This document shows positions 14,125 through 22,902 of a DNA stretch of 32,000 nt, piece after piece; within the stretch, counting starts at the first letter, position 1; each line of letters starts with the position of its first letter. Source of the DNA: Faecalibaculum rodentium (GTDB lineage: Bacteria > Bacillota_I > Bacilli_A > Erysipelotrichales > Erysipelotrichaceae); the NCBI RefSeq assembly GCF_001564455.1, contig NZ_CP011391.1:1890001-1922000 (forward strand), given 5' to 3'. A program made the translations under genes and the position numbers. The notes beneath the pieces are model-generated. The model was not told the origin of the DNA. It ran no database searches and saw only the letters and a program-made list of their open reading frames with translations.

Positions 14125-15828
14125 TCAGTGCATCAGCTCCGAAACGATCGCATCATACTCCGTGCCGCCCATGAAACTGGTGATGGGGCAGATCCTGGCA
14201 GCCGGGCATTGTGTCCTTGCCCGCTGCGCCAGGGATTCGTGTGTGACCACAAATGGCACATCCCGCGGCAGATCGCTGATGGCGGAATGCTCCACCGGAA
14301 TGTCCAGACCGGCAGCCTTCAGTTTTTTGGACAGCGCCGCAGCCCCCATGGCAGAAGATCCCATGCCGGCATCACAGGCGAACACGATTCTCTCCGGCCG
14401 GGCGATGCCGCTGGTCACCGGCTGTGCAGACGCTGCGGCCTGGCCGGGACCCGCCAGCAGGGCCGACACAATGGCATCATATTCCGCGCCGCCCATGAAA
14501 TTGTTCACCGGATAGAGTTTCGCCTGCGGACACTGTTTCTTCACACGATCCACCAGGGAAGCCTGCGTCACCACCGCTTCCATATCGGCAGGGAGGTCAT
14601 TGATGGCATAATGCGGAACGTTCACGTCGGCTCCTGCTGCCTTCAGCTTCTTCGACAGCGTGGCCGCTCCCATGGCGGAGGATCCCATGCCGGCATCACA
14701 GGCAAAGGCCAGCTTCGGCAGGGAAACGGCAGCTGACAGAACCGGTGCAGGAACCGGGATCCCGCCTTTGGACGAGGCTTTGGAGGCAGCCACTTCCTTT
14801 TGAGCCGCCTTGACATCGGTTTCCTTCCCGAAGGCCTTCAGCAGGACTGCGTTGACGCCGAAGGAGACACCGGCAGCCAGGAAGATGGACAGGATCACAC
14901 CCGCATAGCTGTCACGGGCCGTCATTCCCAGGATCGCCAGGAAGGATCCGGGGCTTGCGGCGGACACCAGCCCGGAGTGAAACAGGGAGTTGGTGATGAC
15001 ACCCGTCATGCCGCCCAGGATCAGGCCGACAATGGTGACGGGATTCATCAGCACGTACGGGAAGTAGATTTCGTGGATCCCGCCCAGGAATTCAATGATC
15101 AGGGCTCCGGGTGCGGATTCCCTTGCGCTGCCCTTTCCGAACAGGCAGTAGGCCAGCAGCAGTCCCAGACCCGGTCCGGGGTTGGCTTCAATCAGGAAGA
15201 AGATGGACTTCCCGGTTTCCGCCACCTGGTTCATGCCCATGGGTGTGAACACGCCGTGGTTGATGGCGTTGTTCAGGAACAGCACCTTGGCGGGTTCCAC
15301 GATCACGCTGGTCAGCCACAGCAGTCCGTGGTTCACCAGGAAGGAGACCCCGGCTTCCAGGGCACTGTTGAGCGCCAGGCACACAGGTTCGATGGCCAGA
15401 CAGCCAAGAACCGCCAGGACGGCGCCGAGAATGCCGGCGGAGAAGTTCGTGAACAGCATCTCGAATCCCTGCGGTGTGCGCGGCTGGATGAAGGCATCGA
15501 CTTTCTTCATGCACCAGCCACCCAGAGGGCCGGCGATCATGGCACCGATGAACATCGGCGTTTCGGTCCCGGCGGTGACACCCGCCGCGGCACAGGCACC
15601 TATGATGGCTCCCCTGTCCCCATACACCATTTTGCCCCCGGAATAGGCAATCAGGATCGGCAGCAAAAACCGCTGCATGGGGGAGACAAGGGCGTTCAGC
15701 GTTTCATTCGGACACCAGCCCGTGGGAATGAACAGTGCGGTGATGATTCCCCAGGCAATGAAGATGGAGATATTCGGCATGACCATTCCCGAAAGGAACC
15801 GGCCAAAGGTCTGCAGTTTCTGTTTCAT
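14125..15828 (-). CDS. mtlA: PTS mannitol-family EIIC-B-B permease (two tandem EIIB domains)
   Basis: 567 aa. QTFGRFLSGMVMPNISIFIAWGIITALFIPTGW, FLIEANPGPGLG and GGIHEIYFPYVLMNP closely match E. coli MtlA as recalled. It is followed by two copies of the FACDAGMGSSAMGA EIIB(Mtl) cysteine motif. Confidence 0.9.
   Translation of the reverse strand: MKQKLQTFGRFLSGMVMPNISIFIAWGIITALFIPTGWCPNETLNALVSPMQRFLLPILIAYSGGKMVYGDRGAIIGACAAAGVTAGTETPMFIGAMIAGPLGGWCMKKVDAFIQPRTPQGFEMLFTNFSAGILGAVLAVLGCLAIEPVCLALNSALEAGVSFLVNHGLLWLTSVIVEPAKVLFLNNAINHGVFTPMGMNQVAETGKSIFFLIEANPGPGLGLLLAYCLFGKGSARESAPGALIIEFLGGIHEIYFPYVLMNPVTIVGLILGGMTGVITNSLFHSGLVSAASPGSFLAILGMTARDSYAGVILSIFLAAGVSFGVNAVLLKAFGKETDVKAAQKEVAASKASSKGGIPVPAPVLSAAVSLPKLAFACDAGMGSSAMGAATLSKKLKAAGADVNVPHYAINDLPADMEAVVTQASLVDRVKKQCPQAKLYPVNNFMGGAEYDAIVSALLAGPGQAAASAQPVTSGIARPERIVFACDAGMGSSAMGAAALSKKLKAAGLDIPVEHSAISDLPRDVPFVVTHESLAQRARTQCPAARICPITSFMGGTEYDAIVSELMH
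14128..14718 (-). repeat. Tandem in-frame duplication of the EIIB(Mtl) domain, 324-bp period
   Basis: gatcccatgccggcatcacaggc occurs at 14357-14379 and again at 14681-14703, an offset of 324 bp (108 codons). The protein copies are KLAFACDAGMGSSAMGAATLSKKLKAAG.. and RIVFACDAGMGSSAMGAAALSKKLKAAG... Confidence 0.85.
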
Positions 15829-15855
15829 GATTCTCTCCTCGTTCTTTCTGTCTTG

Positions 15856-15885
15856 ATTTTAAATGTCCGCAAGCGCTTTCTTCAA
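15856..15885 (-). promoter_or_regulatory. Putative mtl operon promoter with an overlapping cre-like site
   Basis: On the minus strand: TTGAAG (15885-15880), 18 nt, TAAAAT (15861-15856). AGAAAGCGCTTGCG (15881-15868) matches the CcpA cre consensus TGWAANCGNTNWCA at 11 of 14 positions. Confidence 0.3.
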
Positions 15886-16043
15886 TCAAACCCCGTTGAT
15901 GTTTGGCACCGGCTTAAGTGTCAGGGTTTCCGGGAATGCGGCACAGTGGACAATGCCAGACTGCAGGCCCGGGGAAGCAACGGCTCTTTTCCGGTGTCCG
16001 CAGCCGGCTGGAAGCGAACTGCCCGGGATCACCGGACCAGCGC

Positions 16044-16088
16044 AAAAAGGGGACCCCGGTGCATCCCTTCGGATGTCCGGAAGTCCCC
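16044..16088 (-). terminator. Terminator after the GPH transporter gene
   Basis: GGGGAC (16049-16054) / GTCCCC (16083-16088) encloses an inner hairpin CATCC-cttc-GGATG. On the minus strand it is followed by T5 (plus-strand A-run 16044-16048). Confidence 0.6.
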
Positions 16089-16118
16089 TTCCCTGTCTGT
16101 CAGACAGAGGATTCTGTT

Positions 16119-17486
16119 CTATTCCGCCAGGGCCGCTGCACTGCGCCGTTGGGCGAGCACAGCCAGGTCCTTTTTATAGGCCTCTTCGGTGTAGGTGTAG
16201 TACCGCAGGATCACCAGACGGATCAGTCCGCCGGCAACCGGCAGCAGAGATACGACCATGAACAGGCCGTTCAATGTCCCGGGAGACTGCACTGCGGCTT
16301 CCGGCACATAGCCAATGGCGATCAAGATCAGACCCGTCAGGGACCCGGCAATGGCAGCCGAGAGCTTGCCCATGAACGTCTGGCCGGAGAATGTGATCGC
16401 CTCGCACCGCCGTCCGGTCTTCACTTCGGAATACTCGATGGTTTCCGCGATCATGCTGGACATCACAGGGCCCAGGGAAGCGTGGAAGAGCTGTGTGAGC
16501 ATGAGCATCCCAAGCAGTATCGGCACGTTTTCATAACCTGTCATGAAGAACACGATCCGCACCACAATGTCCAGGACAATGATGCCCGCCAGCAGGTCTT
16601 TCTTGCGGAATTTCTTCGTCAGGTTGGGAATCAGGAAGAATCCCAGCGCGGCGAAGGTGCCCATCAGACCGTAGATGCTCATGAGGCCTTCGTTGCCCAT
16701 GTTGTAGATGAAGAAATACAGAATGATGCCGTTGACAATGTTCATGAACAGGTTCAGGAAGAAAATCGCCAGCATCTTGAACAGGTGACGGTTCACCAGC
16801 AGGTTGCGGAACACGTCCTTCATCGTGACTTTTTCACCGGCCGAAGGCTCCACGCGTTCCCGGATCGTGGTGGCACCGAACATCATGAAGGCGTAGCCGG
16901 CGATCATGATCAGGATCACCGCCATGAAGTAGCCGTCAGCCAGGGATTCCTGCCCGAACAGGCCCACCAGCAGCGGTACCAGGGAGCCCACCATGCCAAT
17001 TCCGGCAAACACACCCAGGTTTGCGGCGGTCACAAGGCTGGTCCGTGTCTGGGGGTCATTGGTGATGACCGCAGAGACAGACCAGAACGGGATGTCGGAG
17101 ACGGTATATACCGTGCCCCAGAGAATGTAGGTGATCGCCGCATACAGCACCTTCCACTGAATCGCAAGATCCGGAGAGAAGAAGCACAGAATCGTGGAGA
17201 TCACCACGAACAGCGGTGCAAACTTCAGGTAACCTTTGAACTTGCCGGATTTTGTCCGTCTGGTGTCCATGAACCCGGCCACCATGGGGTCGTTGACGGC
17301 ATCCCATACACGGGCAATCAGGAAAATCGTGGAAGCCGCCAGGGCCGAGATCCCCAGGATATCAGTGTAGAAGAACAGGATGAAGCTGCCCAGCAGGCCA
17401 TAGGAGAAGCACTGGCCGAAGCCGTAGGAGAAGTAGCCCAGGTATTCCCTGCGGCTGACTTTGCCCGGTACATTGTTTGTTTTCAT
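16119..17486 (-). CDS. Glycoside-pentoside-hexuronide (GPH):cation symporter family transporter
   Basis: 455 aa, about 12 TM segments. FYTDILGISALAASTIFLIARVWDAVNDPMVAGFMDTR is the GPH signature region (D-x-x-N/D-D-P). Confidence 0.85.
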   Translation of the reverse strand: MKTNNVPGKVSRREYLGYFSYGFGQCFSYGLLGSFILFFYTDILGISALAASTIFLIARVWDAVNDPMVAGFMDTRRTKSGKFKGYLKFAPLFVVISTILCFFSPDLAIQWKVLYAAITYILWGTVYTVSDIPFWSVSAVITNDPQTRTSLVTAANLGVFAGIGMVGSLVPLLVGLFGQESLADGYFMAVILIMIAGYAFMMFGATTIRERVEPSAGEKVTMKDVFRNLLVNRHLFKMLAIFFLNLFMNIVNGIILYFFIYNMGNEGLMSIYGLMGTFAALGFFLIPNLTKKFRKKDLLAGIIVLDIVVRIVFFMTGYENVPILLGMLMLTQLFHASLGPVMSSMIAETIEYSEVKTGRRCEAITFSGQTFMGKLSAAIAGSLTGLILIAIGYVPEAAVQSPGTLNGLFMVVSLLPVAGGLIRLVILRYYTYTEEAYKKDLAVLAQRRSAAALAE

Positions 17487-17637
17487 GTCTTTGCCTTTCT
17501 GTTGTTGTTTCTATATACGGTAAGCGCCACTCCGCTGCCGGGGCACGCGCTTTGTGAATCATTGACTGGTGATGGCTGCCCCATCATGAAGCACCGGGCA
17601 GCCAGAGGCATGGACCGGAGTATCCCGGTTTTGTGGC

Positions 17638-19434
17638 CTACAGGAACAGGAATCCGTTCTCCTTATCCCCGGCCATCATGAGCCGGATGGCTTCCGGATC
17701 GAACTTGTATTCGTGGTTGTGGTCCAGCAGACCGTTGACTTCCTGCTCCACATCCGAGAGCTGCGTATAGCAGAATCCGCACAGGCCGTCGATGGAATGC
17801 ACCGCCCTGCAAAGTGCTGCCATTTTCTCCAGCACGGCTTCCTGACCTTCCAGACGCTTGCCGTAGCCCCAGCTCGAATCGATGCTGCGGGTGCCTGTGT
17901 CATAGGCCACGCCGCCGAATTCCGAAATCATGAAGGGCTGCCCGCTGTAGGCATGGTTCTGTGCAAAACAGTGCCGCAGGGAGGTCCGGGAGGGGCTGCC
18001 TGCCGCTGCTGTTTCGATATCCGGATAGGACGCCATCAGGGATTCGGGATCCGAGTTGTAGTCATGTACCGCCACGATATCGCTCATGGTCTGCTCCCAG
18101 CCATCATTGCCGATCACCAGACGGCTCGGGTCCAGGGACCGCATCATCCAGTACAGGCCGTTGACAAACGCCTGCTGTGCCTTGTCCCTGTAAATCTCGT
18201 TGACGCCCCAGGACTCGTTCATGAGCGTGTAGGCGATCACCGACGGGTGGTTGATGTGCTTGGCCGCAAAGGCATGGAATTCCTTCATGACATTCTCGCT
18301 GCTGATGTGGGAAAACTCGAAGAAACTCGGCAGTTCTGCCCACATGACCAGCCCCATGGCATCGCACAGGTACATGTATCTGGCATCCTCGATTTTCTGG
18401 TGCTTGCGGGCTCCGTTGAAGCCCATTTCCCGGATCTTGGTCAGATCCGCCAGAAGCTGCTCCGGTGTGGCGGTCATCCCGCCATCGCTCCAGTAGCCCT
18501 GGTCCAGCACCAGCCGCTGGTAGAATTCCTGGTTGTTCAGGAACACTTTGTTTCCCTTTACGGCAATGTCCCGCATGCCGAAGTAGCTGCTGACGTGATC
18601 CATCAGCACACCCCGTTCCAGAACTTCGAACTCGATGTCATACAGATTGGGATCCGCCGGACTCCAGAAGTGCAGCCGGAAGTTGGCGTCCTCGCTGGAG
18701 ACATCCACGCTCAGCCGTGCCCGGCCGGATTTCACCGCCGTGGCAAAAGACGTGATGCGGTGTCCCCGGAAACGTACGAAACCGCAAATCTGTGTATCCT
18801 GCCCGGCTCCTTCCACAAACATATCCAGGTCCAGCGAGGCATTGTCGATATCGGGAATCATCCGGACCTCACGCAGATACTGCTGCCCGGTTTCCTCCAG
18901 CCACACCTGCTGCCAGATGCCTGTGGTTCTCGTATACCAGCACAGGAAGTTTTCCTGCTTCCAGCTCTGCTTGCCAATGGGCTGGGACGTGCGGTTGAAA
19001 TCCTCTGCACGCACATACAGCGTGGAACTCTCGCTGATGTATTCCGTCACATCCACCGTGAAAGGCGTGTGTCCGCCTTCGTGATGAAACACATGCCGGT
19101 CATTCACGAAGACATCACAGGCGTAGTCCACTGCCTCAAAGTGCAGCAGATACCGGCGCCCGTTCTGCCTGGTCACCGGCAGCGGCCGGCGATACCACAC
19201 AATGGGGTGGTCTTCGTTGAGTCCGATCAGGGATTTTGCAGTCTGGTAGGCATAAGGAACGCAGATCTGCCGGTCGAAGAAGTCCTCCGCCAGAAATGCA
19301 TTCTCTGTCAGTCCGGTATTGTCGTCGTCGAAGCAGAAATCCCACAGACCATTGAGATCCATCCAGTTTTCCCGGATCATCTGGGGTCTGGGGTGCTGCA
19401 GACGCTCATAAAATTTCGTCAGGTTCTTTTCCAT
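17638..19434 (-). CDS. Glycoside hydrolase family 2 enzyme (beta-glucuronidase / beta-galactosidase-like)
   Basis: 598 aa. The N-terminal sugar-binding domain LHFEAVDYACDVFVNDRHVFHHEGGHTPFTVDVT parallels E. coli GUS. The candidate acid/base residue is in MNESWG and the nucleophile in ISEFGG. Substrate is not assignable from sequence alone. Confidence 0.85.
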   Translation of the reverse strand: MEKNLTKFYERLQHPRPQMIRENWMDLNGLWDFCFDDDNTGLTENAFLAEDFFDRQICVPYAYQTAKSLIGLNEDHPIVWYRRPLPVTRQNGRRYLLHFEAVDYACDVFVNDRHVFHHEGGHTPFTVDVTEYISESSTLYVRAEDFNRTSQPIGKQSWKQENFLCWYTRTTGIWQQVWLEETGQQYLREVRMIPDIDNASLDLDMFVEGAGQDTQICGFVRFRGHRITSFATAVKSGRARLSVDVSSEDANFRLHFWSPADPNLYDIEFEVLERGVLMDHVSSYFGMRDIAVKGNKVFLNNQEFYQRLVLDQGYWSDGGMTATPEQLLADLTKIREMGFNGARKHQKIEDARYMYLCDAMGLVMWAELPSFFEFSHISSENVMKEFHAFAAKHINHPSVIAYTLMNESWGVNEIYRDKAQQAFVNGLYWMMRSLDPSRLVIGNDGWEQTMSDIVAVHDYNSDPESLMASYPDIETAAAGSPSRTSLRHCFAQNHAYSGQPFMISEFGGVAYDTGTRSIDSSWGYGKRLEGQEAVLEKMAALCRAVHSIDGLCGFCYTQLSDVEQEVNGLLDHNHEYKFDPEAIRLMMAGDKENGFLFL

Positions 19435-19511
19435 ATCCTCTCTTGTCCTCCTCTATTCGTTTGAGCATTCACCCTGCCATCGGTATGGCGGGAGGTGCTT
19501 TCCCTCTTTTT

Positions 19512-19538
19512 TTAATTAGCGTATTAGCTAATCGATTA
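19512..19538. promoter_or_regulatory. AT-rich overlapping palindromes in the GH2/ArsR divergent intergenic region (candidate operator)
   Basis: Two 10-bp perfect palindromes, ATTAGCTAAT (19523-19532) and TAATCGATTA (19529-19538), share the TAAT overlap. A direct ATTAGC repeat lies at 19515-19520 and 19523-19528. This is an AT island in otherwise GC-rich DNA. Confidence 0.4.
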
Positions 19539-19679
19539 ATACATTGAGAATGATAACCGGCAGAAAAAGCCGATGTCAACGCTTACAGAGGACATGAGAC
19601 AAAGGGGGTGAAATTGCACGTGACGTTCTCTTCTGCACCCGGATAGCCTGTACCGGCCTGCAGGCGCCGGCGGTTTATA

Positions 19680-20702
19680 ATGAAACCGCGACAGGCGGCA
19701 GTCAGCTGCCTGCATGGAAAAGATGGAACTGTGAATCACGAAACAAAAGAAATCCTGTACCTGCGGGCTGAAGAAGACGCTCTGCCGTTTTTCCAGGCCC
19801 TGGCAAACAAAAACCGTCTGGAGATCCTTCGGATCCTGCGGCAGAAAGATGCCTCCATCAAGGAACTGGGAGAACAGCTGGATCTCTCCAGTGCCGTGGT
19901 CACCAAACACGTTCAGGCCCTCGAAGAAGCGGGCATTGTCCGCAGCACCACCCGTCCGGGCAAACGGGGACTGAAAAAACTGTGCTCCCTGGCGCTGAAT
20001 GAAGCCCAGGTGATTTTCGACAACAACTACGGCAACTCCGCCAGGTCCTTCACCGAGGTGGAGATCCCGATTTCGGCCTACGAAACCTGCGATATCACGG
20101 CTCCCTGCGGCATGGCCGGTGAGGACCGGATCTTCGGCAGCATTGACGACCCGCGGTACTTCGGTGCGGCCAACCGGTATTCCGTCACGCTGCTCTGGTT
20201 CACCAGCGGCTATGTCGAATATCCCATTCCGCTCATGGATGTGGACCTGGAGCGGGTGGAGGAACTCGAGATCAGCATGGAGCTGTGCTCGGAACATCCC
20301 GGTTTCAATTCCAGCTGGAAGTCCGACATCTCCTTCGCCCTGGCCGGTCTGGATCTGGGGATCTGGACCAGCCCCGGGGATTTCGGCGACCGCAAGGGCC
20401 GCTTTACCCCGGCCTGGTGGACTCTGGGGACTGAATATGGTCTGCTCAAAACGCTGACAGTGAACAGCGAGGGCACCTTCATGGACGGCATCCGGATTGG
20501 GTCTGTCACCATTGACGATATCCTGCAGCGGCTGACAGGACAGGACCGGCTCTCTTTGCGGATCTCAGCCGATGCCGATGCCATGCACCCTGGGGGGCTG
20601 AATCTCTTCGGCCGGCATTTTGGGGACTACGACCAGAACATCCGGGTGCTGTTTTATTACCAGGAACCGGAAAAGCCGGAGGCATCCCCCGCAGCGGACT
20701 GA
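19680..20702 (+). CDS. ArsR-family HTH regulator with a large uncharacterised C-terminal domain
   Basis: FFQALANKNRLEILRILRQKDASIKELGEQLDLSSAVVTKHVQALEEAGIV is a classic ArsR/SmtB winged HTH. It is followed by about 230 aa with no motif I recognise. The start is uncertain: ATG 19680 lacks an SD, and an in-frame GTG at 19731 is an alternative. Confidence 0.75.
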   Translation: MKPRQAAVSCLHGKDGTVNHETKEILYLRAEEDALPFFQALANKNRLEILRILRQKDASIKELGEQLDLSSAVVTKHVQALEEAGIVRSTTRPGKRGLKKLCSLALNEAQVIFDNNYGNSARSFTEVEIPISAYETCDITAPCGMAGEDRIFGSIDDPRYFGAANRYSVTLLWFTSGYVEYPIPLMDVDLERVEELEISMELCSEHPGFNSSWKSDISFALAGLDLGIWTSPGDFGDRKGRFTPAWWTLGTEYGLLKTLTVNSEGTFMDGIRIGSVTIDDILQRLTGQDRLSLRISADADAMHPGGLNLFGRHFGDYDQNIRVLFYYQEPEKPEASPAAD

Positions 20703-20806
20703 CCGGTATCCTGTGACAGCCATCCCCCCGGTCCCGGAGGCAGGTCTGCAGGACCGTGACTTCCTGCCGGAACAGATCCTTTTTGACACCTTTCGACATG
20801 ACAAAA

Positions 20807-20850
20807 GCCCCGGCAGAAAACAGATCTCTGTTTTCCGGCCGGGGCCTTTT
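20807..20850. terminator. Bidirectional terminator between the convergent arsR-like gene and lysS
   Basis: Outer stem GCCCCGGC (20807-20814) / GCCGGGGC (20838-20845). Inner stem GAAAACAG / CTGTTTTC. AAAA lies upstream and TTTTT downstream. Confidence 0.65.
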
Positions 20851-20890
20851 TGCGTTACTGTATGCTTTGTCCGTCGTCGCTTTCGGACAC

Positions 20891-22381
20891 TCAGCGGTTT
20901 TTCATGTGCGGGAACAGCAGGACTTCGCGGATCGTGCGCTGATCTGTCAGAAGCATTACCAGGCGGTCGACGCCCAGGCCCACACCGCCGGTGGGCGGCA
21001 TGCCGTACTCCAGGGCCTCCACATAATCCACGTCCATTTCATTGGCTTCATCGTCCCCCAGGTCCCGGAGCTCAAGCTGTTTCTCGAAGCGCTCCCGCTG
21101 GTCAATGGGATCGTTCAGTTCGGAGAAGGCATTGGCGTATTCATGACCGGCAATGAACAGTTCATACCGGTCGGTGAACCGGGGATCCTGGCGGTTTTTC
21201 TTTGCCAGCGGGGAGATTTCCACCGGATATTCGTAGACAAACGTCGGCTGCTCCAGGGTTTCTTCCACATACTTCTCAAAGAACAGGGAAAGGATGTGGC
21301 CAATGGAGTTGTGCTTCTTCTCCAGCTGGATGCCGTGATCGGCTGCGAGTTTCTTCGCCTCCCCGAAATCCGTCACCTGCTTGAAGTCGATGCCGGTCTT
21401 TTCCTGCACTGCTTCGCACATGGTGATCCGGGCAAAGGGCTTTCCGAAATCCAGTTCGGTGCCCTGATATGTCACAACATGCGTCCCCAGCACCTTGTCG
21501 GTCACATACCGGAAGAGACCCTCGATGAGGTCCATCATCCCATGCAGATCGGAATATGCCACATAGGCTTCCACGGTGGTGAATTCCGGGTTGTGTGTCG
21601 CATCCATGCCTTCGTTCCGGAACAGCCGTCCGATTTCATACACGCCTTCCAGACCGCCGACAATCAGGCGCTTCAGCGGCAGCTCCGTGGCGATCCGCAG
21701 ATAGAAGGGCATGTCCAGCGTGTTGTGGTGAGTGATGAACGGGCGGGCGGCCGCTCCGCCCAGGATCGGCTGCAGCACCGGCGTTTCAACTTCGATCAGG
21801 CCCTGGCCGTCCAGGTAGGACTGGATCGCCCGGATGATCTTCGGGCGTGTCACGGCGATTTTCCGCGCTTCCTCATTCATGATGAGATCCACATACCGCC
21901 GGCGGAACCGCTCTTCTGTATCCTGCAGGCCGTGGAACTTCTCCGGCAGCGGCCGCAGGGCCTTGGACAGGTGGGTGTACTCCTTTGCCCGGATGGCCAG
22001 GTCGCCGTGGTCGGTTTTCATGAGGACACCGGAAATGCCCACGATGTCGCCCAGGTCGTTTTTCTTGTAGAGTTCATACGGCGCATCGCCGACTTCGTCC
22101 TTCCGGACATAAATCTGGATCTGACCGTCGATGTCCTGGATGTGCATGAACCCGGCTTTGCCCATCCGGCGCTTGGTCATGATCCGGCCCGCCACCGTGA
22201 CGGGAATCTGGAGCTCTTCCAGTTCTTCCTTGGTTTTATCCTTGTATACAGGAACGATGTCTCCTGTCTTGTGGGTGCGGGCAAATGCGGCACCAAAGGG
22301 ATCCACACCCATGTCGATGAGATCCTGCATCTTCTGACGCCGGACCTGTTCCTGCTGCGTCAGTTTGATCTTTTCAGCCAT
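20891..22381 (-). CDS. lysS: Lysine--tRNA ligase, class II
   Basis: 496 aa. It has the N-terminal OB-fold region [40 protein letters not shown], class II motifs including FRNEG, and the C-terminal [15 protein letters not shown]. Confidence 0.95.
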   Translation of the reverse strand: MAEKIKLTQQEQVRRQKMQDLIDMGVDPFGAAFARTHKTGDIVPVYKDKTKEELEELQIPVTVAGRIMTKRRMGKAGFMHIQDIDGQIQIYVRKDEVGDAPYELYKKNDLGDIVGISGVLMKTDHGDLAIRAKEYTHLSKALRPLPEKFHGLQDTEERFRRRYVDLIMNEEARKIAVTRPKIIRAIQSYLDGQGLIEVETPVLQPILGGAAARPFITHHNTLDMPFYLRIATELPLKRLIVGGLEGVYEIGRLFRNEGMDATHNPEFTTVEAYVAYSDLHGMMDLIEGLFRYVTDKVLGTHVVTYQGTELDFGKPFARITMCEAVQEKTGIDFKQVTDFGEAKKLAADHGIQLEKKHNSIGHILSLFFEKYVEETLEQPTFVYEYPVEISPLAKKNRQDPRFTDRYELFIAGHEYANAFSELNDPIDQRERFEKQLELRDLGDDEANEMDVDYVEALEYGMPPTGGVGLGVDRLVMLLTDQRTIREVLLFPHMKNR

Positions 22382-22417
22382 GATTTAACTCTCCTGTTCG
22401 CATTTTGATTCCATCGT

Positions 22418-22446
22418 ATCGTACATGCTGCACGGGGTGTTTTCAA
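22418..22446 (-). promoter_or_regulatory. Putative lysS promoter
   Basis: On the minus strand: TTGAAA (22446-22441), 17 nt, TACGAT (22423-22418). Confidence 0.3.
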
Positions 22447-22527
22447 GTGCCCGTCCCATTAACAAAGCCCGGCTGTTGTGTTATCGTTGACTTAAGAAAA
22501 CGCTTACCCGAGAAGGAGGAAACGAAC

Positions 22528-22836
22528 ATGCTCAAAATACAGCTGCTTTGCGCCGCCGGCGTCTCCACTTCCCTGCTCATGGCCAAAATGAAGGAGCAGG
22601 CTGCACTAAACGGCGAGGAAATTGAAATCAGCGCCTGCCCTGTCACGGAGATCGAGGAGTACATCGCAAATGCGGATGTGGCCCTGATCGCTCCCCAGGT
22701 GGCCTACCTGAAAGCCAAGTCCCGTAAGATCGCGGACACCCATGGTGTGCCGGTGGAAGTGATCTCCATGAAAGACTACGCTCACTGCAACGGCGCTGCG
22801 GTCCTGGATCTTGCCCACTCCCTGACCGGCAAATAA
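22528..22836 (+). CDS. PTS EIIB component, lactose/cellobiose family (stand-alone)
   Basis: 102 aa. MLKIQLLCAAGVSTSLLMAKMKEQA carries the active-site Cys of the ChbB/LicB type. RBS GAAGGAGGA at 22512-22520. The track ORF starting at 22405 is an upstream extension. Confidence 0.85.
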   Translation: MLKIQLLCAAGVSTSLLMAKMKEQAALNGEEIEISACPVTEIEEYIANADVALIAPQVAYLKAKSRKIADTHGVPVEVISMKDYAHCNGAAVLDLAHSLTGK

Positions 22837-22849
22837 CCCCGGCCACCCT

Positions 22850-22875
22850 GCCTGATGTCAGTCAGGCTTTTTTTT
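22850..22875 (+). terminator. Intrinsic terminator of the EIIB gene
   Basis: GCCTGA (22850-22855) / TCAGGC (22862-22867) with a 6-nt loop, then T8 (22868-22875). Confidence 0.7.
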
Positions 22876-22902
22876 CTGTCTTTCCTGCAGGACCGGTCTG
22901 CC

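Noticed and set aside
17487-17637. A 151-nt GH2-GPH spacer with two hairpins (GGCTGCCC/GGGCAGCC and AAGCGC/GCGCTT), as a possible attenuator.
   Set aside because: There are no U-tracts or alternative pairings that I could support by eye. It is left as unexplained operon-internal structure rather than a called feature.
22405-22527. Upstream extension of the EIIB ORF.
   Set aside because: The consensus RBS GAAGGAGGA sits in front of ATG 22528, and the EIIB fold begins at MLKIQLLCAAG.
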